This document shows, piece by piece, positions 50,010 to 59,890 of a DNA stretch of 64,000 nucleotides (its first letter is position 1; the number at the start of each line of letters is the position of its first letter). Both the position numbers and the translations under genes were made by a program. The DNA comes from an uncultured Gammaproteobacteria bacterium (GTDB taxonomy: Bacteria; Patescibacteriota; Microgenomatia; UBA8517). Where the stretch lies: contig CAZYCE010000006.1 of the NCBI GenBank assembly GCA_964645605.1, positions 2,981 through 66,980 of the forward strand, read 5' to 3'. The notes beneath the pieces were generated by a model that was given only the letters and a program-made list of their open reading frames with translations, did no database searches and was not told where the DNA came from.

Positions 50010-51659
50010 ATGAAGAAGAAACTTTATCCGTTTTTTTTGGGGCTGATTCTTATTACCGCTTTCTTTCTGAGAATTTACAAAGTTACTTCCATTCCCCCTT
50101 CCCTAAACTGGGATGAAGTTTCAATAGGTTACAATGCCTATTCCATCCTTAAAACCGGACGCGACGAGTGGGGGGTAAAATTCCCGTTAAATTTTAAATC
50201 GTACGGAGAGTATAAACTTCCCGGGCAGATTTATGCCTCGATACCGGCGATTGCCGTTTTTGGATTAAATGAATTTGGGGTAAGGATTACTCCCGTAATT
50301 TACGGCACACTAAGCGTTTTATTGCTTTATCTTTTAGTCCAGGAATCTTTTGGTAAAAAAGAAATATCCTTAATGTCAGCCTTTTTCCTGGCGGTTTCCC
50401 CTTGGCACATACAGCTGACTAGGGCATCTTTAGAGTCTTCTTTTGCGCTTTTCTGGGTGGTGATGGGAGTTTGGTTTTTCCTTAAAGGTTTGAAAAAACC
50501 AAAGTGGCTGGTTTTTTCAATGCTTCCTTTTGCGGTTTCCGTTTATACCTACAATAGTGCCCGCGCCTTCATTCCGCTTTTTCTTTTTGCCTTGGTGATT
50601 ATTTATAGAAAGTATTTCCGGAAAGTTAAAAAATGGTTTTTTGCGGCGGGGATTTTGTTTGCCGTTCTGATGGCTCCTTTGATTCCGATGGTTGTTTCGG
50701 GAGAAGCCTCCGCCAGATACAAACTTGTAAGCATCACCGATGAAAAGGGTTTGATTCCCAGAATTGAAGAGAGAAGAAACAATTCAACTTTGCCGTCTAC
50801 CGTCAACAAAATGATAAACAATAGATATACGTATGTAAGTTACTATTTTGCAAGAAATTATTTGTCCCATTTTACTCCGGACTTTCTTTTTATCCACGGA
50901 GCAGGACATAGACAGCACCATGTTCAGGGGGTGGGAGAACTTTACTGGTTCCAGGCCCCATTCATTATTTTGGGGATCTATTATTTGTTAAAGAAAAAAA
51001 ATCCCAATTTGAAAGTTCTTGTTCCGTGGTTTTTACTGGCGTTTGTTCCGGTATCCGTAACAAATGACAGTATTCCGAATGCCTTAAGGACCTTAAATGC
51101 GGTTCCTGTTTACCAAATTTTTACGGCCTTGGGAATTTATTATGCTTATAAGCTGATCAAGAATAAAAAAGTTTTTAATGTACTTATCGGTGCGGTAACG
51201 GCTCTATTCTTAATTAATTTTGCCGTTTATTTTACTAACCTTTTTGTATATTATCCGCTCAGGTACTCCCGGGATTGGCAATATGGCAATAAAGAAGCTG
51301 TCGAATATATAAAAAACCACCGGGATAATTACGATTTAATTGTTTACAGCCGTACCTATGGCGAACCGCATATGTTCACTTTGTTTTATCTTGGTTATGA
51401 TCCCGCCAAGTTTCAAAATAGCCCAAACTTAGACAGGTTTGAAACATACGATTGGGTTAGGGTTTTGCGTTTTGATAAATTTTATTTTCCGGATCTGGGG
51501 GATGCGGGTACAAAGTATCAGGATGTAGTTAATGCGAATCCCGGCCAGAGAATTCTTTTTATAGGTAAACCTCAGGATTTTCCTGCGGAAGCGGCAGTGC
51601 TTGAACAAATTAATTTTCTTGACGGCACCGGCGCCTTCAAAATAGTTGAAAAGATATGA
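50010..51659 (+). CDS. ArnT/PMT-like GT-C glycosyltransferase
   Basis: NWDEVSIGYNAYSILKTGRDEWG, GEYK, NALR, WQYG. Confidence 0.87.
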   Translation: MKKKLYPFFLGLILITAFFLRIYKVTSIPPSLNWDEVSIGYNAYSILKTGRDEWGVKFPLNFKSYGEYKLPGQIYASIPAIAVFGLNEFGVRITPVIYGTLSVLLLYLLVQESFGKKEISLMSAFFLAVSPWHIQLTRASLESSFALFWVVMGVWFFLKGLKKPKWLVFSMLPFAVSVYTYNSARAFIPLFLFALVIIYRKYFRKVKKWFFAAGILFAVLMAPLIPMVVSGEASARYKLVSITDEKGLIPRIEERRNNSTLPSTVNKMINNRYTYVSYYFARNYLSHFTPDFLFIHGAGHRQHHVQGVGELYWFQAPFIILGIYYLLKKKNPNLKVLVPWFLLAFVPVSVTNDSIPNALRTLNAVPVYQIFTALGIYYAYKLIKNKKVFNVLIGAVTALFLINFAVYFTNLFVYYPLRYSRDWQYGNKEAVEYIKNHRDNYDLIVYSRTYGEPHMFTLFYLGYDPAKFQNSPNLDRFETYDWVRVLRFDKFYFPDLGDAGTKYQDVVNANPGQRILFIGKPQDFPAEAAVLEQINFLDGTGAFKIVEKI

Positions 51660-53170
51660 AAAAAGAACGGATTTTTTTATTTCTAATTCTTGGATTTTTC
51701 TTGTTTACAAGGTTTTATAAAATTAGCCAAATCCCGCCCTCCGTTTACTGGGATGAAGCTTCGATCGGGTATAACGCCTATTCCGTTTTACAGGACGGCC
51801 GGGATGAGTGGGGGAATTTTCTGCCTCTTCATTTTAGGGCTTTTGGTGAATTTAAATTACCGGTTTATATTTATTCCGTCGCAATATCGGAAAAATTATT
51901 CGGATTGAATTCTTTTTCTGTCCGTCTTCCGTCCGTTATTTATTCCGCCTTTTCCCTGATTCTGGTTTACCTTATTTCCAAAAAGATTTTTAGTGGAAGC
52001 TCGGGACTCCTTTCTGCCTTGGTTTTTTCGGCTTGTCCTTGGTATTTTATCTTTAGCCGTACGGGTTATGAAGTATCTGCCGGTTTATTCTTTTTCCTTT
52101 TGGGAACATACTTTTTCCTGAAAACCGAGAAAAAAAATTACTTTTTCCCGTTTGGCATTTTGTCTTTTATTCTTTCTTTTTATAGTTACAACTCATTTCG
52201 CATCCTCATTCCTATTTTCTTACTGGTTTTCGGTTTGGCCTTTATCTTAAGAAAGGATGTAAAAACAAAAGCTAAATTATTTTATATAGTTTCCGGGATA
52301 GTTTTGTTTCTATTGGTTTTGTTTCCCGTTTATCGTCTTTACAAATTTGATGCCGGTGGCGCGCGCTTGACACAGGTACAAGTCTCGGGAGCGGCGGATG
52401 TATTTAAAAATTATCTTTCCCATTTTTCCCCGCAATTTCTTTTTAATAGCGGAGACTCCAACTCCAGGAGTAGTGTTCCCGGTTTTGGAGAGCTTTTTCC
52501 GGTGATTGCTCCATTTTTGATAATCGGTACTTTTGTTATATTCAAGAAAAAGCAAAAATTTTGGTGGTTGCCGTTTTTGGCAATATTGCTAGGTCCGATT
52601 CCCGCCGCGGTCACCAGGGAGTCTCCCCATGCCTTAAGGGCAATCTTAATGATTCCCTTTCTTTCGATGGTTGCCGGAGTGGGTATTGATAGTTTTGCAG
52701 GTTTTTTCGGAAGAGCTAAAAAGATGTTTATCTTTGGAGTGCTTTTCTTGCTTGCCGTATCTTTTAAAAATTATTTTATCGATTTTACAACAAAATATTC
52801 TTCTGATTCGTCTGCCCAGTGGCAATTTGGCTACAAGAAAATTTTTGAGGATTATCTTGCCGATTTTGCCGAATATGACAAGGTTGTAATTTCCGATGCC
52901 TATGCCCAGCCTTATATTTTTGGGCTTTTTTATCAAAAATATGACCCGGGATATTTCAGACAAAGTGTTGTCTACAATACGGTTGATCAATGGGGCTTTT
53001 CGACCGTCAAAAGTTTTGATAAATTCCTGTTTAAGAAAGTAACAGCGGACGATTTATCCGAAAACTCAATAGTTTTTGCAACCGTACAAGACAAAATAAA
53101 CGATGAAAAACCGGTGGAAGAAATTAAGAACCCCGACGGGACAACTGCTTTTTGGGTGTACACAAAATGA
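51656..53170 (+). CDS. ArnT/PMT-like GT-C glycosyltransferase
   Basis: YWDEASIGYNAYS..GRDEWG, GEFK, SRTGYE, HALR, WQFG. Confidence 0.87.
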   Translation: MKKERIFLFLILGFFLFTRFYKISQIPPSVYWDEASIGYNAYSVLQDGRDEWGNFLPLHFRAFGEFKLPVYIYSVAISEKLFGLNSFSVRLPSVIYSAFSLILVYLISKKIFSGSSGLLSALVFSACPWYFIFSRTGYEVSAGLFFFLLGTYFFLKTEKKNYFFPFGILSFILSFYSYNSFRILIPIFLLVFGLAFILRKDVKTKAKLFYIVSGIVLFLLVLFPVYRLYKFDAGGARLTQVQVSGAADVFKNYLSHFSPQFLFNSGDSNSRSSVPGFGELFPVIAPFLIIGTFVIFKKKQKFWWLPFLAILLGPIPAAVTRESPHALRAILMIPFLSMVAGVGIDSFAGFFGRAKKMFIFGVLFLLAVSFKNYFIDFTTKYSSDSSAQWQFGYKKIFEDYLADFAEYDKVVISDAYAQPYIFGLFYQKYDPGYFRQSVVYNTVDQWGFSTVKSFDKFLFKKVTADDLSENSIVFATVQDKINDEKPVEEIKNPDGTTAFWVYTK

Positions 53171-54768
53171 GAAAGTATCTAAGCTGCATAATTCTTTTTA
53201 CTATTTTTATAGGAGCGCTTTTTTTAAGAATTTATAAGTTGGATCAAGTTCCTGCTTCCCTGAATTGGGACGAGGTGGATGCGGGCTATAATGCCTACAC
53301 TATTGCGAATTGGGGTGTTGATGAATGGGGCCGTAAGTTTCCTCTGGTTTTTCGCTCGTTTTATGACGATAAACATCCGGTCCACATTTATATAACAGCG
53401 GTTTTTGTTAAGTTTTTTGGACTCAGTGATTTTACAACGCGTCTTCCCAGCGCGATTTTTGGAGCTTTAGGGGTCTTAGTTGTTTTTTATCTGGGCAGAC
53501 GTTTATTCAAAAATGATTTGCCTGCATATTTTGCGGCAATTTTTCTGGCGGTCTCACCATACCATCTTCAGTTCTCCAGAGGACTTTGGGAAGTTAACTT
53601 CGCCTTCTTTTTCTTTATATTGGGGCTTCTGTTTTTTTACCTCGGGAGAGATAAAAATAGATGGTTCTTCCCGTTTTCTTTTTTAGGGTTCGGACTTTCA
53701 ATGTACTCATATCATTCGGCCAAAGTCGTGGTTCCTCCGATGATAATCCTTCTTTGCATTTTATATTTCAAGGATTTGATAAAAAACAAAAAAGCCCTTT
53801 TACTCAGTTTTATTGTTTTAGCCGTTTTTATAGCAGGTTTTATTTTTAATCCCGGATTATTGGGTTTCGCCCGTGCCGAACAAAACCGATTTCCCGAAGG
53901 GTCAATAAAGGAAACTTATCTTTATCAAAAAACGGGGAATAGATACTTGGCTACTTTAGAAATTGCAGCCGGAAATTATACAAAATACTTTACTCCGGAT
54001 TACCTTTTTGTACACGGCGATCAAAACCCGCGGAATTCGGTTAAAGTGTTCGGGGAGTTCTATAAAATTGAAGCACTTTTTATTGCCGCCGGAATTGTCT
54101 TTATGTTGGTAAGGCCAAGAAAGGAATGGCTCGTTCTTGCCGTCTGGCTTGCGCTTGCACCGATTCCGGGTGCTCTTTCAGGTTTCACTCCAAACGCAGC
54201 CAGAGGGCTTTTTATGATGGGTAGCATGCATCTTGTTGGCGCATACGGGCTTTATAGCTTAGCGAATTTATTCAGAAACAAGACGGTTCGGGGTGCCGTT
54301 GTAGTTGCCCTTCTGGCCCCCCTTTTTTGGGAATTTTCAAATTATCTTAACTATTACTACACAAATTATTACAAGAAAGACGCTATTGAGTGGCAATACG
54401 GCATGAAACAGATTGTTGCCTACATTAAGAACAATCCCTACTATGACAAAATATATATGACCAAAGAAAGACAACAACCATATATATTTATCCTGAATTA
54501 TCTGGAGTATCCCGTAAAAAAATACCTGGCCTCGGTTCGGTATGACGAAAGTCAGAGTAAAAGTTACAATGTAGCCAGATCCTTCGGAAAATTCCAGTTC
54601 TCGGATTGGAATACGGTTGAGAGTTACCCCGCCCCTTATGTGCTTTATGTTCTTACTCCAAGCCAGTATGATGGGTTAAGGTACAGACTGATGTTTGATG
54701 TGGTTGATTTGATAAAATATCCCGACGGATCAGATGCTTATTTTTTGGTAACCGCCAAAGTATATTAA
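53167..54768 (+). CDS. ArnT/PMT-like GT-C glycosyltransferase
   Basis: NWDEVDAGYNAY..GVDEWG, SRGLWE, GDQNPR, NAAR, WQYG. Confidence 0.87.
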   Translation: MRKYLSCIILFTIFIGALFLRIYKLDQVPASLNWDEVDAGYNAYTIANWGVDEWGRKFPLVFRSFYDDKHPVHIYITAVFVKFFGLSDFTTRLPSAIFGALGVLVVFYLGRRLFKNDLPAYFAAIFLAVSPYHLQFSRGLWEVNFAFFFFILGLLFFYLGRDKNRWFFPFSFLGFGLSMYSYHSAKVVVPPMIILLCILYFKDLIKNKKALLLSFIVLAVFIAGFIFNPGLLGFARAEQNRFPEGSIKETYLYQKTGNRYLATLEIAAGNYTKYFTPDYLFVHGDQNPRNSVKVFGEFYKIEALFIAAGIVFMLVRPRKEWLVLAVWLALAPIPGALSGFTPNAARGLFMMGSMHLVGAYGLYSLANLFRNKTVRGAVVVALLAPLFWEFSNYLNYYYTNYYKKDAIEWQYGMKQIVAYIKNNPYYDKIYMTKERQQPYIFILNYLEYPVKKYLASVRYDESQSKSYNVARSFGKFQFSDWNTVESYPAPYVLYVLTPSQYDGLRYRLMFDVVDLIKYPDGSDAYFLVTAKVY

Positions 54769-55647
54769 ATGAACAAATTGTCACAAAACAAAAAGGTACG
54801 TCTATCGGTTGTTCTTGCCACCCGCAATGAAGAAGAAAATATCGGCAGATGTCTTGAATCGGTAAAAGATATTGCTGATGAAATTATAGTTTTTGACGAA
54901 TTCTCAGATGATTTAACCCGTGAGATTGCGGAAAAGTACGGCGCCAAGGTATTTGAGGAGCCTCATCATGAAATTTTCCATATAACCAAAGAAAAAGCTT
55001 TGGAAAAAGCGGAAGGGGAGTGGATCCTGCAACTTGATGCCGATGAAGTTGTAACCCCGGAGCTTTCGGAAGAAATTAAATTAGTAATTAATAATCAGAA
55101 ATCGGAAATTCCGTCCGGGAAACTTAAATTATTTGAACGCCATCAAAAACTACTCGAAAAAAGGGACGGCCGAATCGGAACCGGCTCGGGCGGCCCGATT
55201 GTCGGTTATTTTATTCCCAGACGCAATATGTTTTTGGGCCGTCCCCTGATCCATGCCGGTGTTTATCCCGATGGGGTAATACGTTTGGTTAAAAAGGGAT
55301 TTGCTCATTTTCCCCAAAAATCCGTTCACGAGCAAATAAGTCTTGACGGGGAGGTTTCCTGGTTGGGCAGTGACCTTTTGCATTACGACTCCCCGACACT
55401 CAAGAAATATCTTATGAGGCTAAACCGCTACACTGATCTTCATGCCCAGGAATTGAAAAACAAAAAGGTCTCCAAAAATCCGTTTTCATTTATTTATTAC
55501 ATATTTTTTAAGCCTTTGGGCGTATTTCTCAACCTGTATTTCCGTCACTTGGGAATTCTTGACGGGGCGAGGGGTTTTTTGTGGAGTTTTTTTTCGGCAA
55601 CGCATTATCCCGTTGCCTACTTTAAATATATTACGGGTAAGGTTTAG
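54769..55647 (+). CDS. GT2 glycosyltransferase (WaaE-like)
   Basis: ATRNEE, LDADE, YPD..RL, VHEQ, GILDG. Confidence 0.87.
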   Translation: MNKLSQNKKVRLSVVLATRNEEENIGRCLESVKDIADEIIVFDEFSDDLTREIAEKYGAKVFEEPHHEIFHITKEKALEKAEGEWILQLDADEVVTPELSEEIKLVINNQKSEIPSGKLKLFERHQKLLEKRDGRIGTGSGGPIVGYFIPRRNMFLGRPLIHAGVYPDGVIRLVKKGFAHFPQKSVHEQISLDGEVSWLGSDLLHYDSPTLKKYLMRLNRYTDLHAQELKNKKVSKNPFSFIYYIFFKPLGVFLNLYFRHLGILDGARGFLWSFFSATHYPVAYFKYITGKV

Positions 55648-55656
55648 AATTAATTT

Positions 55657-56394
55657 ATGAATCTTCAAAATAAAAATATTGTGGTAACAGGCGCCACCGG
55701 AGGGATTTGCAGGGAACTTGTCAAAAACTTAGACAGTGAGGGAGCCAATTTAATTTTGATTTCCAAATCGGCCGATGAACTTGAAAATCAAACCGGGCAG
55801 CTTCAAAGTAAATCCTTTTCTTTTGCCTGCGATTTTACCAAACCCGGCGAGGTTGAGGATTTGGCGAAAAAAATCTCAAAGCAGTTTAAATCCGTCGACG
55901 TATTAATTAATGCGGCCGGGATTGGGGTATATAAATCCCTTGAAGAAGAAACTCTCGAGGAATGGAACAACTCGATGAATATTAATGTGACCTCGCAATT
56001 TTTGATGAGTAAATACCTTATTAAAAATTTAAAGAAGGCCCGAGGGGCGGTCGTAATAAATATCGGATCCGGTGCCGGAGTTATTCCCATGGCGGGCAGA
56101 AGTATTTATTGTGCCACAAAATTTGCGGTAAGGGGTCTGACCCTCAGTTTGGCTGAAGAATTTAGACGTACTTCGGTAGACTTTTGTCTGATAACCCTGG
56201 GAAGCGTGCTTACGGGTTTTGGCCCCATGAGTTTTGAGGAAAAGAAAAAGGAGATGGAAAAGGGGAAGAAGGCGTATTTTACGCCGGATTGGGTAGCCAA
56301 GAAGCTTATTTCGATAATTAAGGATGACGATAGGAGGAGAGAATATACACTTTTCCCTTCAAATTATGCCTCCGAGTGGCAGAAACCCTCATAA
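55657..56394 (+). CDS. Short-chain dehydrogenase/reductase
   Basis: TGATGGIC, INAAG, YCATK. Confidence 0.85.
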   Translation: MNLQNKNIVVTGATGGICRELVKNLDSEGANLILISKSADELENQTGQLQSKSFSFACDFTKPGEVEDLAKKISKQFKSVDVLINAAGIGVYKSLEEETLEEWNNSMNINVTSQFLMSKYLIKNLKKARGAVVINIGSGAGVIPMAGRSIYCATKFAVRGLTLSLAEEFRRTSVDFCLITLGSVLTGFGPMSFEEKKKEMEKGKKAYFTPDWVAKKLISIIKDDDRRREYTLFPSNYASEWQKPS

Positions 56395-56426
56395 ATCAAA
56401 TCTTTTTATATAGGCGGTTTATTAAA

Positions 56427-57047
56427 CTACTTTTCTCCCAGAAATATTCTTGGGTTTACCGGAATTCCGAATATATTAATTTGAAAATGAAGATGCGGTC
56501 CTGTTGCCCAACCGGTTTGCCCCTCTGCCCCGATTAGGTCACCGGGTTCTACAATTTGACCCGCAGATACATAAATATTACTGAGATGTGCGTAAATTGA
56601 TTGGATTCCGTCTCCGTTGTCTATTATAACGTGCTTTCCGAAACCCCACGATATTTTTCCCGCGTATATAACTTTCCCCTCCATAAACGCCCTAACCGGG
56701 TCTCCTATCCGGTGTTCCGGATTTGCGATGTCTATTCCTGTATGTAAAGGCTGGTAGGGAAGATTGCTTTGACCAAACTCAAGAGTGATCACGCCTTTTA
56801 CGGGCCAGACTATTTTTTTATCAATTGTGGCGACTATCGATCCGTTCAGCGGATTATAGATCTCTATCCTTTGGGTTTTTGAATTAAAAGATGCGAGTTT
56901 ATCTGAAACCATGTCTATTCCGGTTTGGGTTAGGGTAACTACGGCAATAACCGGCATCGCCAATATAAAAAGAAAAGCCAGAAAGACGTAGGTCAGCTCC
57001 TTTCTGAATGACCAAACGGCGGCGATACCGCCGGGAGATATTCCCAT
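56427..57047 (-). CDS. Membrane-anchored M23 metallo-endopeptidase
   Basis: HTGID, YAHL, GPHLHF zinc motifs after an N-terminal TM. Confidence 0.9.
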   Translation of the reverse strand: MGISPGGIAAVWSFRKELTYVFLAFLFILAMPVIAVVTLTQTGIDMVSDKLASFNSKTQRIEIYNPLNGSIVATIDKKIVWPVKGVITLEFGQSNLPYQPLHTGIDIANPEHRIGDPVRAFMEGKVIYAGKISWGFGKHVIIDNGDGIQSIYAHLSNIYVSAGQIVEPGDLIGAEGQTGWATGPHLHFQINIFGIPVNPRIFLGEK

Positions 57048-58802
57048 TTAAGTGTAGATTTCCCTGGGATCGGTGGTTAAAAGAGGATGTTCTTTTTCGG
57101 ATGCGACTACTTTAATTGCCACATGGTTCTGGTCCGCAATAATAAGTGCCTCACCTTTGTCACAAGTTAAGAGGAACTTTTGTTCATATTCGCTGAGATT
57201 AAATTCGCCGGCAACTTTTTTGATTGTGGTCGTGTCCTGTTTCATCAAAATACGGAGTGCGGATTGGGAAGCAATGGCCCGCCCGTACTCCTGAGCCAGA
57301 AAATCCTGAGCCTGCTGGGATATGATGGTTACCCCCAGATAGTACTTTCTGGCACGTCTGACAAGCCCTGCCATGAATCTTGCGCTTTCCTCCTGGGCCA
57401 GAAGGATCCAACCCTCATCAATGACAAGTATTCTTTTTCTGGGGTTGGTTTTAACTTGCGATTGAACAAAGTTGGCCAGAACCAACATCATAATCGGCCT
57501 GATGGTTTCGCTTAAGTCTTTTATATCAAACACCACAAGTCGGTTATCCAATTCAATGTTTGTCTGGGAGTCAAACATTGACGAAAGGGAACCTTTAATA
57601 AATCTTTCGAGCCGGTCACAAAGATTTTTTTGCCCCATTTTCTTAAGGACCCTATAGAAATCCTTAAGCAGTGGATACTTTTTGTGTTTTTCTTTCTTTG
57701 TTTTTATTGACCAGCCGAACTTTTTATAAGTTGCAATCAGGGCTTTATCGGTAATTGCTTTTTCCTCATCATTAAGAGTTCCCACCATGAGGGAAATTAT
57801 TTCGGTCAGATTTTGGATATGTTCGGCCAGATTGTTTTCTCCGGTGAAACCGGTGAGGGCAAAATCAAAAGGGTTAATCTTCTCCAAAGACCGAGCGGAG
57901 AGCTTTATGTAGGTTCCGGAAACACTGGAAGCAAGCTGTTTGTATTCCCTTTCCGGGTCGATGACGATAACGCTGGTTCTTTGCATAAGATGTCTCAAAA
58001 TTTCCACTTTTGCGGTATAACTTTTTCCGGAACCCGATTGGGCAAATAGGATTGAGTTGGCATTGTTTAGTGAAAATCTGTCAACTATGACCAGGGAATT
58101 GTTTGATCGGTTAATGCCATATAGGATGCCGGTTTCCTGAACGAGTTCCGATGAAATAAAAGGAAAAGTCAAAGCGGCACTTGAACTGTCCAGGTTTCTT
58201 TTTTGGGCAAGCAAATTTTCTCCCCGGGGAAGAATTGATTGCAGTGCTTCGATTTGTTGGAATGTTGCAATCTTTGTGTAAAAGAGCCTTGTGGACATCA
58301 TTGTTTCGAGAAGTTTTGTAATTTTATCCAGATCAGGCAAAGTATCGGCGGAAATGGCCAGATAGATTGAAACTTGAAAAAGTTTTTGCTGACCTCTTTG
58401 GATTTTGTCTCTAAGCTCCGTAGCCGATTCCAAAGGATCGGTTAATTCCGATCCGAAAACACGGCCTTCTTTTTGATAGGTTCTTTTTGTCGATTCAAGT
58501 TCGGTAATTTTCCTATTTAATTTCGGCAGAGCCGTTAATGGGTCCACTTGCTCAATGTGGTAGCTGATGTCGATGTTGTGATTGAAATTGACAAGCATAT
58601 TAAGCCAGCCGGTTGAGGCGATATAGGGGTAACCGGAAATAAACAGGCTTCGCACAAACTTGTTTTCAATCTGAATATAGGTTGGTTCTTCGGCCAGACC
58701 GGAATAGGAAATAAGATCGACCTGATCTTCCTCCCCGAAATCAAACTGAAAAGATTTCTTTAAAGTTTCCTTTTGTGATATTTTGCCCTTTTTGAATTTC
58801 AT
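57048..58802 (-). CDS. VirB4/TraC-like ATPase
   Basis: AQSGSGKS, IDPEREY, INPFD, VIDEGW, RARKY, ISQ; GGAGGG SD. Confidence 0.88.
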   Translation of the reverse strand: MKFKKGKISQKETLKKSFQFDFGEEDQVDLISYSGLAEEPTYIQIENKFVRSLFISGYPYIASTGWLNMLVNFNHNIDISYHIEQVDPLTALPKLNRKITELESTKRTYQKEGRVFGSELTDPLESATELRDKIQRGQQKLFQVSIYLAISADTLPDLDKITKLLETMMSTRLFYTKIATFQQIEALQSILPRGENLLAQKRNLDSSSAALTFPFISSELVQETGILYGINRSNNSLVIVDRFSLNNANSILFAQSGSGKSYTAKVEILRHLMQRTSVIVIDPEREYKQLASSVSGTYIKLSARSLEKINPFDFALTGFTGENNLAEHIQNLTEIISLMVGTLNDEEKAITDKALIATYKKFGWSIKTKKEKHKKYPLLKDFYRVLKKMGQKNLCDRLERFIKGSLSSMFDSQTNIELDNRLVVFDIKDLSETIRPIMMLVLANFVQSQVKTNPRKRILVIDEGWILLAQEESARFMAGLVRRARKYYLGVTIISQQAQDFLAQEYGRAIASQSALRILMKQDTTTIKKVAGEFNLSEYEQKFLLTCDKGEALIIADQNHVAIKVVASEKEHPLLTTDPREIYT

Positions 58803-58803
58803 A

Positions 58804-59418
58804 TTATTTGCCCTCCAAAAGAGCCCGGACCACCTCGCCTTTAAGCTCTTGGGTTTTTATTTGATCGGGGTTATAAAAGCTATAGAAAAGATCAAGAATT
58901 TCCAGGCTTTCCAGGATTTTAGATTTCATTCCCAGCTTTTCCAAACCTTTTATTACAATATCGCGGTTCAATTCGATCTGTTCTTTGATAAATTTAAAGT
59001 CGCTTCCGTGGTCGCTCCCTTTATAAGGGATGATCACATAGAAACGGCGGGAGAGAATTTTATTTCCGGCGATAAGATTTTTAACAAATAGGGAATAGTT
59101 ATCGAGTTGATTTTTGTATACCTTTTCTTTTTCCCCGTCCCTCATTTTCGATATTTGTTCCAGATACCTTTCAATATCGATTTCCCTTACCCTTATTAAA
59201 ATTTGAAGCGAGGTCGGAAGGGAATTGAGAAAATTCTCAAATTCATCAATAATTACATCCTGCTCATCTTCGCTTTTGAGTTCAAAGTTGACCGAAGAGG
59301 TTTCAATAATTGACCTGTATTCGTTACACGGTAAGACCAAAATTCCGTCCCTGACCTCTTTTATTTGAATTTGCCGTCTGGAACTTACTTTATTTTTCGA
59401 TTTGGTCCAAAACAACAT
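58804..59418 (-). CDS. T4SS-associated soluble protein encoded before VirB4 (TraC-N-like)
   Basis: IKEVRDGIL, SVNFELKSEDEQ, FLNSL..LQILIR; AAGGAGG SD fixes the start at 59418. Confidence 0.7.
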   Translation of the reverse strand: MLFWTKSKNKVSSRRQIQIKEVRDGILVLPCNEYRSIIETSSVNFELKSEDEQDVIIDEFENFLNSLPTSLQILIRVREIDIERYLEQISKMRDGEKEKVYKNQLDNYSLFVKNLIAGNKILSRRFYVIIPYKGSDHGSDFKFIKEQIELNRDIVIKGLEKLGMKSKILESLEILDLFYSFYNPDQIKTQELKGEVVRALLEGK

Positions 59419-59890
59419 TAAACCCTCCTTTCTTTTTGATCTTGAACGTAATATTTTCCTTGTCTTTTTCAAAAATGCTTTGCTCCCTTACTCCGATCGG
59501 TTGTAGACGGGACTTTCTTTTCGATTCGGAGGGTCTAACCGATTTGGCGTGTTTTTTCCCGGGGTCAACTATGCCTGCCTCTCTCAGATAGGCGTCATTT
59601 TTATTGAATACGTAGTATTTAGGCCGGATGTTGTAGCGCAAGATAAGGATCAGCCAGTTAATTATTAATTTCTCATCAATTTTTAACGATAATATAAACG
59701 AAATTATGAGAACGGGTATTGTTAAAACCAGCTTATACCAGGCGATTGACATAGTTGGAACAAAAAGTATGTAAACTATACCTGCCCAAAAAACAGGAAA
59801 CATCAGAATTAGAATTTGCGTCAAACTTAAGTTCCCGGCAATTTTGTCTTCAACCGTCGTAATTTGAGCCGGAATTATAGTTGTCTTCAT
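59390..59890 (-). CDS. PrgI/VirB3-like membrane protein
   Basis: IPAQITTVEDKIAGNLSLTQ plus two TMs; position before VirB4. Confidence 0.75.
   Translation of the reverse strand: MKTTIIPAQITTVEDKIAGNLSLTQILILMFPVFWAGIVYILFVPTMSIAWYKLVLTIPVLIISFILSLKIDEKLIINWLILILRYNIRPKYYVFNKNDAYLREAGIVDPGKKHAKSVRPSESKRKSRLQPIGVREQSIFEKDKENITFKIKKKGGFNVVLDQIEK

Noticed and set aside
55657-56394. SDR as a DprE2-like lipid-linked sugar epimerase component
   Set aside because: No DprE1-like flavoprotein or prenyltransferase partner in the window; only generic SDR motifs
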